A stretch of 59,160 nucleotides of DNA from Malacoraja senta (lineage: Eukaryota), in contig JAXLNO010002217.1 in the NCBI GenBank assembly GCA_038087875.1, positions 248,001 to 307,160 of the forward strand, given 5' to 3'. This document shows, one piece after another, positions 10,483 to 22,740 of this stretch. Position 1 is the stretch's first letter; the number at the start of each line of letters is the position of its first letter. The translations under genes and the position numbers were made by a program. The notes under the pieces were generated by a model. That model was given only the letters and a program-made list of their open reading frames with translations. It was not told where the DNA came from and ran no database searches.

Positions 10483-13400
10483 ATGGCCACTTCTGCCCGT
10501 AAGCCTGATGTGCTCATTTCCGATTTAGACATTGCCCTTCGATGGGATGTCTTCAAACGTGACTTTGAACACTATGTTGGGAGGAGCCATCTTGAGGAAC
10601 GGCTGCAAAACAGCAGCCGTCCGTTAATTGTACTTTTTTACTACGTTTTTTTTGTTTTCTTTAAGTCTTTGTTTTTATTTATTTTGCCTTTAATGTGGGG
10701 GGATCAAGGGGAAACCACTTCCTGGTCCCTACCTGGTCGGTGAGGCAGCCTTCTCTCCGGCTGCCCATTCGACCCGTCCTCGCGGCCTACCAGCGGGCGT
10801 GGAGCGGCGTGGAGCGGCGTTTCCTGGCGGGAACCGCACAGCACCCTCAGCTTCGGTGGCGGCACGGCGCTGGAGCGCTACTGTGCAGCGGAGCGGGCGA
10901 TGCCTTGCCTGGGTCGCCGCGCTGGACCGACGCGCTGGAGCTCCGGTGAGCTGGACCGCCGAGCTCAACACCTCCGGGACTGGAGCGACCATTCGCGGGC
11001 GGCGGCGCCGACTCCAACACCGGGAGCCTTGAGCTCCAAGTCGGCGCGGCCTTGTCGGCTTCAGGTGCTGCGGACGCCTGCGGGAAGTCGGCCGTTCCAG
11101 CCGTAGTTACGGCCTCCGGTGAGGGATGCGACCGTTCCAGGTGGCCCAGCTGCTGGAGGACTCACCCGACGCCGGGGCTACATCACCCGGCGAGAACGGC
11201 CAGGATCATCGGGCCTTCGTAGAGGCAATAGCGGGGGCTTCATTTGGCCTGACTTTTTTTGGGTGAACTGGGGCTGGGGACTGGACATTGTGCCTTCCCC
11301 CACAATGGAAATCATTGTGGGGGGATGATTTTTGTATGTAATTGTTTGTAATTGTATTTGTTAGTCTGTGTTCAAGATGGCGGTCGGAGGGGAGAGTGGA
11401 CGCTGGCGTTAAATTGCCGCTGCTCTCTCCTCAAATTGTGCTTCTGATTTTCTTTTTTATGTGTTTTTGGAAGGAATTCTGTCCCTGATTTATGTATTGG
11501 TCTTTATAACCTATTTTTTTAAAATTCTGATTATATGTTTTCTATAAATCTCTGTATGGTGTCCTTGAGACCTCGGTATAAGGCGCCCGTAAATAAAATC
11601 CATTATTATTATTATTATGTCACGATCGCTCATCCTGCCGCCACCGCAGAGCTCAAAGCCTCTCTGCTTCTCAACTTGGCTGGTCCAGAGGCCCTGACTC
11701 GCTCTGACTTCTTCGTCTACGCTGATGGAGAATTAGCTCGGGACCCGGTATGTCTGGTGGCTAAGTTTAATGCTATTTGTGATATTCCAACAAACTGCAT
11801 CTTAGAACGTTTTAAACTGTTCGCGCGGCGTCAGCTCCCTGGGGAATCTGCTGAGAACTATGTCTCTGCGCTGCGACACCTGGCCAGGCGCTGCCGCCTC
11901 AACACGTTGACCCCCGAGGAGATTATCAGGGACCTTCTGGTTTACGGTCTCCGCGATGATAAGCTCAGGGCCGAACTTCTGCGCAAGCCCGATCTGACTT
12001 TCAACGATGCGATGCACGCCACCCGTTTAGCTGAGGCTGTCACCTCGGCGGTGTCACCGGCTGAACAGGCGATTAACTTTGCCAGCACTTCCAGTCGTCT
12101 GATCAACACGCCCCGGTCGCGGCCCCCGAGGTCGCTCGCTACTCAAGGGGGACGTGCCCCGGGGTTCGGTACTGCTCCCGGGGGAGGTGCCCGGCAAAGG
12201 TGCCCTAATTGCAACTTCACCACTCATCAATACAATGTGTGCCCTGCCTTGGGTAAAACGTGCAATGTCTGCAAGAAATTGAACCATTTCGCTGCGGCCT
12301 GTCGCTCCCGTGGGAAGCCTGTCGCTGCTCTGAGGGGCAATTTAAACAACCTTTTACAAACTGATAGTGAGCTCAGCTCCCAGTGCTATTTCGACGAACA
12401 GTCTGTATCTGAATCCGACTCCTCTCAGGGGGAGAACAGCTTGTATACTGTGTTGGGCGCACCTGCTATGATAACGGACCCTTCTGTGCGAGTCACTGTG
12501 AACAACTCGACCTTCACTGCTAAGATTGACACGGGGGCAGTTGCGAACGTTATGTCAACATCACTCTTCAAACAGATAAGGACTAATGAGCAGATTTTTT
12601 CTCAGAACTCAACCTTGCATGCCTACGGGGGAGAGATTCTTACTCCTGTGGGCAAGGCCACGCTAAGCTGTAAGATACTACAGACCTCTCGGCCCCTCAC
12701 CTTCTATCTCCTCGATCAAAAATGCATTCCCCTGCTGGGTATCCGGGCATGCCAGGAAATGGGCCTGGTATCCTTCCACCGTGACATCCACCAGGTGCAG
12801 GCCCTCATGGACCCATTGGCCGAATATCCCGACCGCTTTGATGATGAGCTAGGCAAACTGCCCTGCAGCTACAAGATTGTAGTGGACCGTAAGGTCGATC
12901 CAGTGGTCAATGCACCTTACCGTGTCTCCTCCGCCATGAAGGCCAAAGTGCAGTCGACACTACACAGTATGGTAAAAATGGGCATCCTAAAGGCGGTCAT
13001 CGAGCCCACCAGGTGGGTCTCTTCCATGGTTGTTGCCGCGAAAAAGGACAAGAGCGAGATACGCATCTGCATCAACCCCAAAGACCTCAACCTGGCCATT
13101 AGACGCCCGCACTACCCTATGAGAACGGTAGAAGAAGTCGCTGCACAGGTTGGTCCGGCAACGGTTTTTTCTGTCCTCGATGCCAAAAGCTCCTTCTGGC
13201 AAATACCACTGGACGAGCAGTCGTCCATTTTGACAACTTTTGCCACCCCCTTCGGAAGGTTTCGGTTTCTCCGAATGCCATTCGGAATCAACTCTGCCAG
13301 CGAGGTATTTCAACAGACAATGGAGCAGCTGTTTTCAGATCGACCATGCGCCATCATCGTTGATGACATCGTCGTGTACGGTAAGGACGTTGCCGAACAC

Positions 13401-15679
13401 GATGTCAACCTCCGCCAGGTCCTGGACCGGGCCCTGGAAATCAACTTGAAACTGAACCTCAAGAAGTGCCGATTTCGCGTCCCGGAGGTCACCTATGTTG
13501 GACATGTATTCACCGCCGAGGGGTTAAAACCAGACCCGCAAAAAACGGCTGCCATTTCCGGGATGCCTTCTCCTACTAATGTGGCAGGCCTACAACGCTT
13601 CCTGGGCATGGTAAACTACCTGGGGAAGTTCATCCCCGACCTCAGCGAGCTCAGCGCTCCCCTGAGGGATTTGATAAAAAAGGACACGTCCTGGCCTTGG
13701 TTCCCCCACCACCAGAAAGCATTCGACATTCTTAAATCCAAGCTAATCAGCACCCCCATACTCAAGTTTTTTGACCTGCAGCGTCCCATTGTCCTCACCT
13801 GCGACGCCTCTCAGTTCGGACTCGGTGCTGCCTGTCTCCAGGTCCATGACGGCCTGCAGCTGCCTGTCTCCTTCGCATCCCGCACCATGACCGTCACCGA
13901 ACAGCACTACGCGCAGATTGAGAAGGAGCTACTGGCCGTGGTGTTTGCCTGCTCCAAATTCAGAGACTACATCCTGGGCAACACTTTCACCATTGAAACT
14001 GACCACCAGCCACTTGTCACCATTCTCAACAAGTCGATCCATGCCGCCTCGTCACGCCTGCAGCGCATGATGCTACAGCTCCAACGCTTCACTTTCAATG
14101 TGGTTTATCGTAAGGGCAAGGACATGTTCGTGGCCGACACGTTGTCTCGCGCCCCGCTAACGTCCACCGTTCGCCACCCATATGAGATGTCTGATCTAAT
14201 GGTGCTCCAAATGAACATCGTCCCTTCACAGCAGATGAAGTCCCTGGTTGAACACACTACCAATGACCCTGCCAGCTGTCTGCCGTCATCCAGCGGGGCT
14301 GGCCCGACCATCGTTCTGCGCTGCCGGCTGGCGCCGTGCCCTACTTCCTGGTCCGTGACGAGCTCGTACTACACGACGGCGTGGTGGTGAAGGGTCACAA
14401 GGTGGTCGCGCTGCACGACCACTATTTTCAGGTCGCTCACCGCGGTCATCCTGGGGCCGAAGCCACCGTGTCTCTCGCCCGGAGCCAGTTCTATTGGCCG
14501 GGTATGGCCAAATACATCCGGGAGAGGGTCTCCTCGTGTTCCACGTGCAACAGCCTCGTCCCCCACCAGCAGCGTCAGCCGCTTCTGCAGCAGCCCGTGC
14601 CCGAACTGCCCTGGATGGCACTTGCCGCCGACATCTTCGAGTGGCAAGGCAAACACTTCCTGGTTCTCGTTGACTCCTACTCCAGCTGGTTTGTGGTCGA
14701 CCGGCTGCACTCCCTAACCTCTTCGGCCATCATCGACAGGTTATACCCTCATTTTGGCACTTTTGGCCCCCCGGCAAGCCTGCAGTCGGACAATGGCAGC
14801 CAGTTCACGAGCTCCGAGTTTAAAGCTTTCGCTTCCAGATGGAACTTCCGCCACTTCACCAGCAGCCCGGAGTACCCGCAAAGCAACGGTCTGGCCGAGC
14901 GTGCCGTCCGCAGCGCGAAGCACCTGCTGGAACAATGTGGTGGCATTAACTCCGACTTCCATCTGGCCCTCCTCAACCTCCGCAACATTTCCCGCGACTC
15001 TGCCATGGGTTCCCCTGCTCAGCGGCTCATGTCTCGCGCTACCAGGCTCCCGCTCCCGGTGGCCCAGCGCTCCCTCATACCCTCCGTCCTCCCGCCTGCG
15101 GCGGTTCAGAAACGCATTGCCTTCAGGCACGATGTCCAAAAGCGTTCCCATGACACGTCCTGCCACCCGCTGACGCGCCTCTTCCCCGGTCAAGTTGTCC
15201 GTATGCAGACCCCTTCCGGTCACTCCAAGCTCGCTACTGTCGTCGGCTCTGCGGGGTCGCCCAGGTCGTATCTCGTCGACCATGCGGGAGCCATTTACCG
15301 ACGGTCCCGCCAGCACCTTCGGCTCGTCAACGAGCCGCGTCCTCCTGCCGCGGATCCCTTTGCTCCCCCACTGCCGATTTCGCGTCCGGGCATTGATCTG
15401 CCCGTCCTTCCTACCATGCAACGTTCTCCACCTCAACTCCTTCCGTCCCACCCTGCTCCGACTAGTCCTCGCTCGCCTGCCCGCGCTCTACCCGCTCCTG
15501 ATCCCGCATCACCTTCGCTTTTGGTGCCGCGGTCTCCTCCGTCTCCTCCCGTTTCCCCCTTTCAGGTTCGTCTGTCCCCATCGGTGCCTCTTCTTCCTGC
15601 CGGAAGGGAGGATGGCGAGATGCGAACCCGGTCGGGACGTCTTGTCAAACCGCCGGTCCGCTATGGCGATTTTGTTTAA
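10483..15679 (+). pseudogene. Gypsy B single-frame gag-pol, disabled by a 1,038-bp insertion and one frameshift near 14272
   Basis: MATSARKP...FEHYV|TIAHP; Cys/His gag region; protease IDTGA; RT IVDDIVVYG; RNase H CDASQFGLG and TDHQPL; integrase SDNGSQF...SNGLAERAV. About 7 nt missing at DPA[LQQ]LSAVIQRGWP relative to element C. Confidence 0.95.
10578..11615 (+). mobile_element. 1,038-bp GC-rich non-autonomous retroposon with L2-like 3' end
   Basis: TSD TATGT (10573-10577, 11616-11620); tail ...aaggcgcccgtaaataaaatcc(att)n; homologous to the split copy at 41017-41383 and 45572-46122. Confidence 0.85.
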
Positions 15680-15748
15680 CTGTCCTAGCGCATGAGCCGT
15701 GGTCGCCCTGTCACCATTGTATTTGCCTGTCGTTTCGAAGGGGAAGGA

Positions 15749-15952
15749 TGTAGATGATATATGCATGTGCCTTTAACATAGTGACCTCATACCTACTAAC
15801 CACTCCCCATATCACAAGTATAACTACAACCTCCCCACCCACAGATCGCTCTCTAGTTCCTGTGACAGACCACGTACAGCTAGTGCAATATGTAATGCTC
15901 CAGTAAGAATAAAGATAGTAAAGTAACGATGCCTCGTTATAGACTCTTTACA
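15749..15952 (+). repeat. Gypsy B 3' LTR
   Basis: 200/204 identical to the 5' LTR. Confidence 0.95.
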
Positions 15953-16654
15953 CTTGGGCATCTAGCTAATTTTCTGATAGTAGCTAGTTACACAAAAGAC
16001 CAATTGTGGTGCCATAACCGACCCCATTATCAGTCTGAAGTAGCAGCACCTGTTCTATAGCTGACTTATTTGTTCCAGTCAAGACCTCTGCAAATATCTT
16101 CACACCAGGACCAAGCTGACATGGTTAAAGTTGCTTGTCAGTACAAATAGACAGTAGTGTTAATGTCTGAGTGTGCCTATGTGTGTGTGTGTTTGTGTGC
16201 GCTCATGTGTGTGAGACAGAGAGAGGGGAGGGGGAGGGAGAGAAAGAGAGTGTGTGTGAGAATATCAAACTCTCAGATATTGAAATATCAGCAAAGTTTA
16301 AAACCTTTGAAGTTTTATCAAATGGGTTCACTTTTATTTGCTAAAATAACAATGGTCAACATAAGAAAATAGCCTTGTTGACCTCTACACTGCAAATAGT
16401 CATCTATCTCTGACATATGCTTGATTCTTTAAATTCATAATTAAATGCTGCAGATAAAACCTCAACGCTAATATGAACTTCAATGATTTTTCATTGATCT
16501 ATTTAAACATCCATCGTCTGGACAATTACATAAATGTAAGACTTTGTTACTTTTTATTTAGATGTGAACAATGCTAGTTTAATGTAGATAATAAAATCAT
16601 TACAAAGTCGTTATTGATCAATAAATGTTTAAAATGCACTATATATGCCAACAG

Positions 16655-16884
16655 AGAGGGCAGCGAAAGAAGATATAAGGATTAGGATCGTGACTGGAGC
16701 TGTAATCGTTCCTCTCATTCTCCTGGGGATCATCCTTGGAATTGGTTGCTGGAAGAAGAGGAAAAGGATTTTTTTTTTCAATGAACAGGGACCAGCTGAC
16801 AACAGCAGAGACCAGGAGAGGACTGCAGTGACCATGAAGCACAACCAGCTTCCGTTGGGATGCAGAGGAGGTCTACCAGAATGA
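16655..16884 (+). CDS. TM + cytoplasmic terminal exon of an MHC class I-like gene, copy 1 (no matching alpha3 exon upstream in the window)
   Basis: Acceptor ccaacag|; phase 1; (E)RAAKEDIRIRIVTGAVIVPLILLGIILGIGCWKKRK...GLPE*. Hydrophobic stretch followed by a basic stop-transfer signal. Confidence 0.75.
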
Positions 16885-17054
16885 TGCCTGGATTAGTGGG
16901 GTATTAGCCACAGGGGGGAGTTGGACAGACTGGACAGTTGGATTGTCTCTGGAATGTCGGGGATTGAGGGGAGACCTGACAGTAATATATCAAACTGGGA
17001 GGAGTAGAGATAGGGTAGACCATCTGACTTTTTACCCATATCAAATAAGAGCAG

Positions 17055-17335
17055 GTATAGCTTTACAATGAGTGGCAACGTTTAAAAATGATGTGCAGGA
17101 CAAGTGTTTTACGCCAAGGGTGGTGAGTGACTGGAATGTGCTGCCGGGGGTGGTGGTGGAAGCAGATATGATAGTGGCATTTAAGAGACTTTTAGATAGG
17201 CACATGTATATGCAGGGAATGGATGGATATGGATTATGTGCAAGCAGATAACAATTGGTCTTGGCATCATGTTCGGCACAAACATTGTGGGTCAAAGGGC
17301 CTGTTATTGTGCTGTACTGTTCTATGTTCTATGCT
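17055..17335 (+). mobile_element. CR1 3' end fragment (also at about 27805-28085)
   Basis: tggaatgtgctgccgggggtggtggtgga...ggtcaaagggcctgtt...(ttcta)n. Confidence 0.75.
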
Positions 17336-18595
17336 CTTTATTGTATCAATGCTGACTGATGGCTTTACATTCAGCCATTAATTTTTCAACTGCTGTCTTC
17401 ACCAGTTACCCTGTGATTCCAAAGTCATACATTGCGTCACATTTTGGAATAAGAGGTCGCCTATTTGACTGATTGATACTTTATTATCACATGTGACATG
17501 TCACAGTGAGATTCTTTGCTTTGCATAACATACACAAGGTATACAAAGAGTCACCATGTATAGGGTGTCGACACAGTTACAAAGTAATCATTACAGTCCC
17601 CAATGGTCCCTCTTTGTTCTCGGCAGCCCCTCCATGTTGGGTCCCTCATTAAAATAGTTACGAAGAAGATTTATTTTCGAGGAGGTGTATGATTTGCCTG
17701 AACTTTCTATTCCAGCTGCAGAGACAAGGTGCATGAATATTTTCCACGTTGAAATATAGAGAATTTTAGATCAGAAATGAATCAAAGATTGCAGGAATAA
17801 TGCAGTAAACTGATCGAAATCAGATTGGACATAATGTTATTGAATGATGCAGTCTGTTCAAGGGGGCTTACAGCTGATTACTAATCTTATTTTATATAAA
17901 ACATAAAAATGTTCATCTCAGGAAGAGACCATTTGGCCCACAATGACTGTGGTGAACATGTGTAAAAACAAGCACCCGTAGTTAGTAACAAACCCAGGTC
18001 TCTGGCGCTGTAAGGCAGTAGCTCGACCACTTCGCCACCCTGTTCTACAACGTGGGTATCAGTAAATTGTCTGGCAACGTGCCTCTTAGATGGAGCCAGT
18101 GGGTAGGAAGTGCAAGTGAAAATAAATATTGTACCAGTGTCCTCTATACAGTCATATAGATATTCAGGAAATGGAGGAATATGTATCTTGGTCTTATGTT
18201 TAGCATTGACCTTGTGCCTGAAGGGTCTGTTGCTGTGCTGATCAGAAACCCAATCAGATTCTCTATTTGCCTCTATTACTCCTTGGGATGGTGACATTCA
18301 ATTTCCAACAGTTCTCTATTTGAAGAACTTCTTCCTCCCATTCCCTCTTGGAATATTTAGTGTTATTATTCAGCTGAGATTCATGAACAAGTAGAAGCAA
18401 TCATGTCTACAGTATCAATCCCAATGGTGAGTTATACTCCTCCATTGGGCCCTGCATTCCCCTTTCATCTGCGCTTTCAGTTCAAGTCTGGAGCTAAGAT
18501 AAGGAGCATGTCAGTGGTATTAAAACTAAATGTTTTGTTGTTTTGCCAGAAATGCAAAATGAAAAGAGAAAAGGCTGTAAACTTTGTGCAAGATA

Positions 18596-18730
18596 GAACT
18601 GCAGATGCTGGTTTACACTGAAGATAGAAGATGTTGGAGTAACTCAGTGGGTCAGATAGCATCTCTGGGCATTCCTTCTCTCCAGAGATGCTGCCTGACC
18701 TGCTGATTTATTCCAGCATTTTGGGTCTAG
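18596..18730. mobile_element. Fold-back remnant of a Penelope pseudo-LTR
   Basis: Inverted arms 18631-18668 and 18682-18719 made of the ...gatgctgcctgacctgctga...ccagcat module. Confidence 0.6.
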
Positions 18731-18850
18731 GCTGAAAACTTAGTTCAGCTGGAGAAAAAACTGATTGGAAAAGAGGTGAGTTGCATTGATCTTACAATTG
18801 AAGGCTTTTGTTCATGTCTTCACTGATTCTGACGCTTCTTACACTTGCAG

Positions 18851-19061
18851 AAACCCCTGAGGTGTTTATTGGGATTAAACGTGATGGGTCGCAATCACTG
18901 AGACTCTCCTGCCTTGTCACAGGCTTCTACCCACGGGCCATCGATGTAACGTGTCTGAGAGATGGTGAGGGGGTCCACGAGTCTGAATCCAGTGATCTGT
19001 TGCCCAATTGGGACGGGACTTACCAGCTGAAGAATACAATTCAACTGAGTAGAGAAGACGT
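18851..19061 (+). CDS. MHC class I-like alpha3 (Ig C1-set) exon, 5' part
   Basis: Acceptor cttgcag|; phase 1; TPEVFIGIKRDGSQSLRLSCLVTGFYPRAIDVTCLRDGEGVHESESSDLLPNWDGTYQLKNTIQLSRED. SCLVTGFYP and LLPNxDGTYQ are class I alpha3 hallmarks. Confidence 0.9.
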
Positions 19062-22000
19062 AAGAAAAGATGGCGTCGCGTGCACAACGCGAGGCTCTGC
19101 GTCTCCGTAGTTTTTGTAATTTAGTTATTTTTCTGTTAATAATTACCTTAGTTTTCGCCCGGAGCGAAGACTCTATACGGCCGTCAGGAGCTATTAGAGC
19201 TCGGCCGTCTCTGCGTAACGAGCCCCAGAAGCGCCAGAAGCGACTTTCAACTGCCGCCGGAGATCGCCAGGACACCGTGGTCTAGCGGGCCAGCTCCCCC
19301 GACAGGAAGTGCCCGGAGGCGGCGCAGGGACCGCAAACAAAGACGTGGGAAGCGGGGAGGACATCTAGCTAGGCTGAAACTAAATCCTCACCAGCCAGCT
19401 CTGCCCAGCATTTTCCTCGCGAATGTCCGGTCCCTGGTGAGTAAAATCGATGAACTAAGGCTGCGGATCACCACACACAGACGGATCGCCGACTGCAACG
19501 CCATGGTCTTTACTGAAACATGGCTCAACGGCAACATCCCGGACAACGCCATCGAGCTGGAGGGGCGCACTGTCTTCAGGGCCGACAGAACAGCGGAGGA
19601 CTCCGGTAAGACCAAGGGCGGCGGACTGTGCATCTATGTGAATAACACATGGTGCACGAACGTTGTTAGGATTGGTAGTCACTGCTCTGCTGACCTGGAA
19701 TACCTGATGTTAAAGTGCAGGCCCTTCTATTTGCCCAGAGAATTCACATCGACTGTTATCACGGCAGTCTATGTACCCCCGGACGCTAATGCCAGGCTAG
19801 CAATGGAAGAGCTGCAAGCTGCTATCAGCAAACATCTATCTGCTCACCCTGAGGGGGCATTTATTGTTGCGGGTGATTTCAACCACTCCGACCTTAAAAC
19901 TGTACTCCCCAGGTTCCATCAGCATGTTTCCTGCCCAACCAGAGGAAACAATATTCTGGACTTAGTTTACACTAATATTACTGAAGCCTACAAAGCCCTC
20001 CCCCTCCCCCACCTTGGTCAGTCTGACCACCTCTCTCTGTTCCTGCTCCCCAAATACACACCTCTGATCAGACGTGTGAAACCTAACACGAGGACAGTGA
20101 AGGTCTGGCCTGAGGGGGCTGTCTCTGTTTTACAGCAGCAGTTTCAGCAGACAGACTGGAGTCTGTTTGCTACTCAGTCCACCTTCAATTCACAAGTGGA
20201 CATCAACTCATACACCTCAACAGTTATGGACTATATAAAATTCTGCACCGATAATGTCACTACCCACAAAGAAATAAAGACCTTCCCTAACCAGAAGCCG
20301 TGGATGAGCAGGGAGGTCAGACTCCTACTGAAGGCTCGCGATGCCGCTTTCAGATCTGGCGACGCTGAGGGATACAGCTCATCCAGGGCCAATCTGAAAA
20401 TGGGAATTAGGAATGCCAAACTCAATCACAAACGGCAGATTGAGGAGCACTTCCAAACCAACTCTGACCCCAGGCGCATGTGGCAAGGAATCAAATCCCT
20501 TGCCGATTACCAGAAAGTTAACACCCCTCCCCCAGACAACACCACCCTTCCTGATGAACTAAACCATTTCTATGCTCGCTTTGACCGGGATAACAAAACC
20601 CCAGCCATGAAAGTTGCTCCCCCCCCAAATGAACAACTCCTCAGTCTCTCCACCTCTGCTGTACAAGATGCACTGAGCAAGGTGAATGAGCGCAAAGCTG
20701 CCGGCCCCGATGGCATCCCTGGCCGGGTGCTTAGGGCATGTGCTGGACAACTATCCCGTCTTTACCGACATTTTCAATCTCTCACTGGCCCAGGGTGTTG
20801 TCCCCACTTGCCTCAAGACATCAACCATCGTGCCAGTGCCCAAACAGTCAGCCACAGGGAGCCTCAACGATTTCCGCCCAGTGGCACTCACCCCTGTCAT
20901 TGCTAAGTGCTTTGAGCGGCTGATCTTGGCTCACCTCAAAGCCAGCCTCCCCCCCACACTGGACCCCCATCAGTTTGCCTACCGGGCCAACAGGTCTACA
21001 GAGGACGCCATATCGGCGGCCCTACACTCTGCCCTGACCCACCTGGACAACAACAACTCCTACATCAGGTTGCTGTTCATTGATTTCAGCTCCGCTTTTA
21101 ATACTGTCATCCCCGCCAGCTTGATCACCAAACTCAGCGGGCTTGGCATCTCCACCTCCCTCTGCAACTGGACACTGGATTTCCTCACCAACAGACCACA
21201 GTCTGTTAGGGTCAACAACCTCACCTCCTCCACTATAACACTGAACACCGGCGTGCCACAGGGCTGTGTGCTCAGCCCTCTCCTCTACTCCCTCTTCACC
21301 CACGACTGCATCCCTAAGTACGGATCCAACGCCATCATTAAGTTTGCTGACGACACCACGGTGGTAGGACTGATCAGTGACAACGATGAGTCAGCCTACA
21401 GAGAGGAGGTCCAGCACCTGACAACCTGGTGTGCCAACAATAACCTCGTCCTCAACTCCAAGAAGACGAAGGAAATTATTGTCGACTCAGGATGGTCAGT
21501 GGGGGCAGACATACCCCCATCCATATAAACGGGACTGAGGTGGAGCGCGTCTCCAGCTACAAATTCCTCGGGGTTCACATCTCGGAGGATTTGTCCTGGT
21601 CCCTCAACACCTCCAAGCTGATCAAAAAGGCACAGCAGCGCCTTTACTTCCTGAGGAGGCTCAAGAAAGCCCACCTGTCCCCCCGGATCCTGACCAACTT
21701 CTACCGGTGTACCATCGAGAGTATCCTGACCACCTGCTTCACGGTATGGTACAGCAGCTGCACTGTTGCGGACAGGAAGGCACTACAACGGGTGGTGAAA
21801 ACCGCGCAGCACATCATCGGTGCCCCGCTCCCTGCCATGGATGCCCTCCACCGAAAACGGTGTCTGAAACAGGCTGGGAAGATCATTAAAGACCCCTCCC
21901 ACCCCAACCATGGACTGTTTGCCCTCCTCCCATCAGGGAGGCGGTACAGGAGCCTCAGGTCTCGTACCAGTAGGATGAGGAACAGCTTCTACAATCATAC

Positions 22001-22213
22001 CGTCGCATTGCTGAACTCGGAGTCCCGCCGATAGATTCCTCCGGTCCCTCCGTCCCCATTGTTTATTATTCTGTATTTTTTTTATTATTCTGTATCCTCT
22101 TTTTAAAAAAATTCTATATTGCTATACTACGGACTGACGCAAAACTGCATTTCGTTGTACCCATAATCAGTATTTGTGCAATGACATTAAAGTTGAATTC
22201 AATTGAATTGAAT
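19062..22213 (+). mobile_element. Rex1/Babar-type LINE (APE endonuclease + RT), apparently full length, two internal frameshifts
   Basis: APE motifs LANVRSL, FTETWL, GDFN, SDH; [23 protein letters not shown] and [12 protein letters not shown]; C-terminal KAQQRLYFLRRL; (TTGAA)n tail. Frameshifts near 20750 and 21490; only a 2-bp GT duplication at the junctions. Clade call is from motif recall. Confidence 0.9.
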
Positions 22214-22277
22214 GTGGCAAAATTCTCCTGTTACATCGAACATGCAACTCTGCTGCAGGGAGTCAATGTTCCACAGG
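22214..22277 (+). CDS. MHC class I-like alpha3 exon, 3' part
   Basis: VAKFSCYIEHATLLQGVNVPQ then donor g|gtaagt. Rejoined exon = 273 nt, phase 1-1. TYQ-to-second-Cys spacing (20 residues) equals that of HLA alpha3. Confidence 0.9.
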
Positions 22278-22369
22278 GTAAGTGGCAAGTCACTGAGTCT
22301 GATCACTTGAGACAATAAACCTCCTGGACTGAGATAACAGCCTCAACACACTCTTAACTAAGCTGTGGA

Positions 22370-22683
22370 TTTAGACTTTAGACTTTAGAGATATGGTGCA
22401 GATACGGGCCCCTCAGCTCACTGAGTCCTCGCTGAACAGTGATCATCCTGTACATTTACACTATCCAACACACTGGGGACAATTTACAATTTTACCTAAG
22501 CCAAGTAACCCACAAGCCTGTATGTCTTTGTAGTGTGGGAGGAAACCGAAGCACCCGGAGAAAACCCACGCAGTCACAGGGAGAACGTACAATGTCCTTG
22601 CAGACAGCGCCTGTAGTCAGGATCTAACCCAGGTCTCTGGTGCAGTAAGGCAGCAGCTCTACCGCTACGCCACTGTGCCACCC
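22370..22683 (-). mobile_element. tRNA-derived V-SINE (HE1-like)
   Basis: Minus strand gggtggcacagtggcgtagcggtagagctgctgcc... head; V-domain core cgttctccctgtgactgcgtgggtt; short tandem tail. Confidence 0.8.
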
Positions 22684-22740
22684 ATTATTAATTTGTGGTT
22701 ATCTAATTGACCAGAATTATTGATAGTCAATGGAATGTGG

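Larger units (their letters stand above)
10183..15952 (+). mobile_element. Ty3/Gypsy LTR retrotransposon B (Mag-like), near full length
   Basis: 204-bp LTRs 10183-10386 and 15749-15952 (4 mismatches); PBS TGGTGTCA 10387-10394 (tRNA-Leu type); PPT 15737-15748; no TSD. Confidence 0.97.
15953..17960 (+). repeat. Duplicated block, copy 1 (paralog of 26866-28695)
   Basis: Colinear from cttgggcatctag... to ...gactgtggtgaacatg; includes TM exon and 3' flank. Confidence 0.95.

Noticed and set aside
18372-18424. Possible exon tattcag|ctgagattc...cccaatg|gtgagt upstream of alpha3
   Set aside because: 53 nt; the only open reading ends in phase 0, incompatible with the phase-1 alpha3 acceptor; no class I similarity
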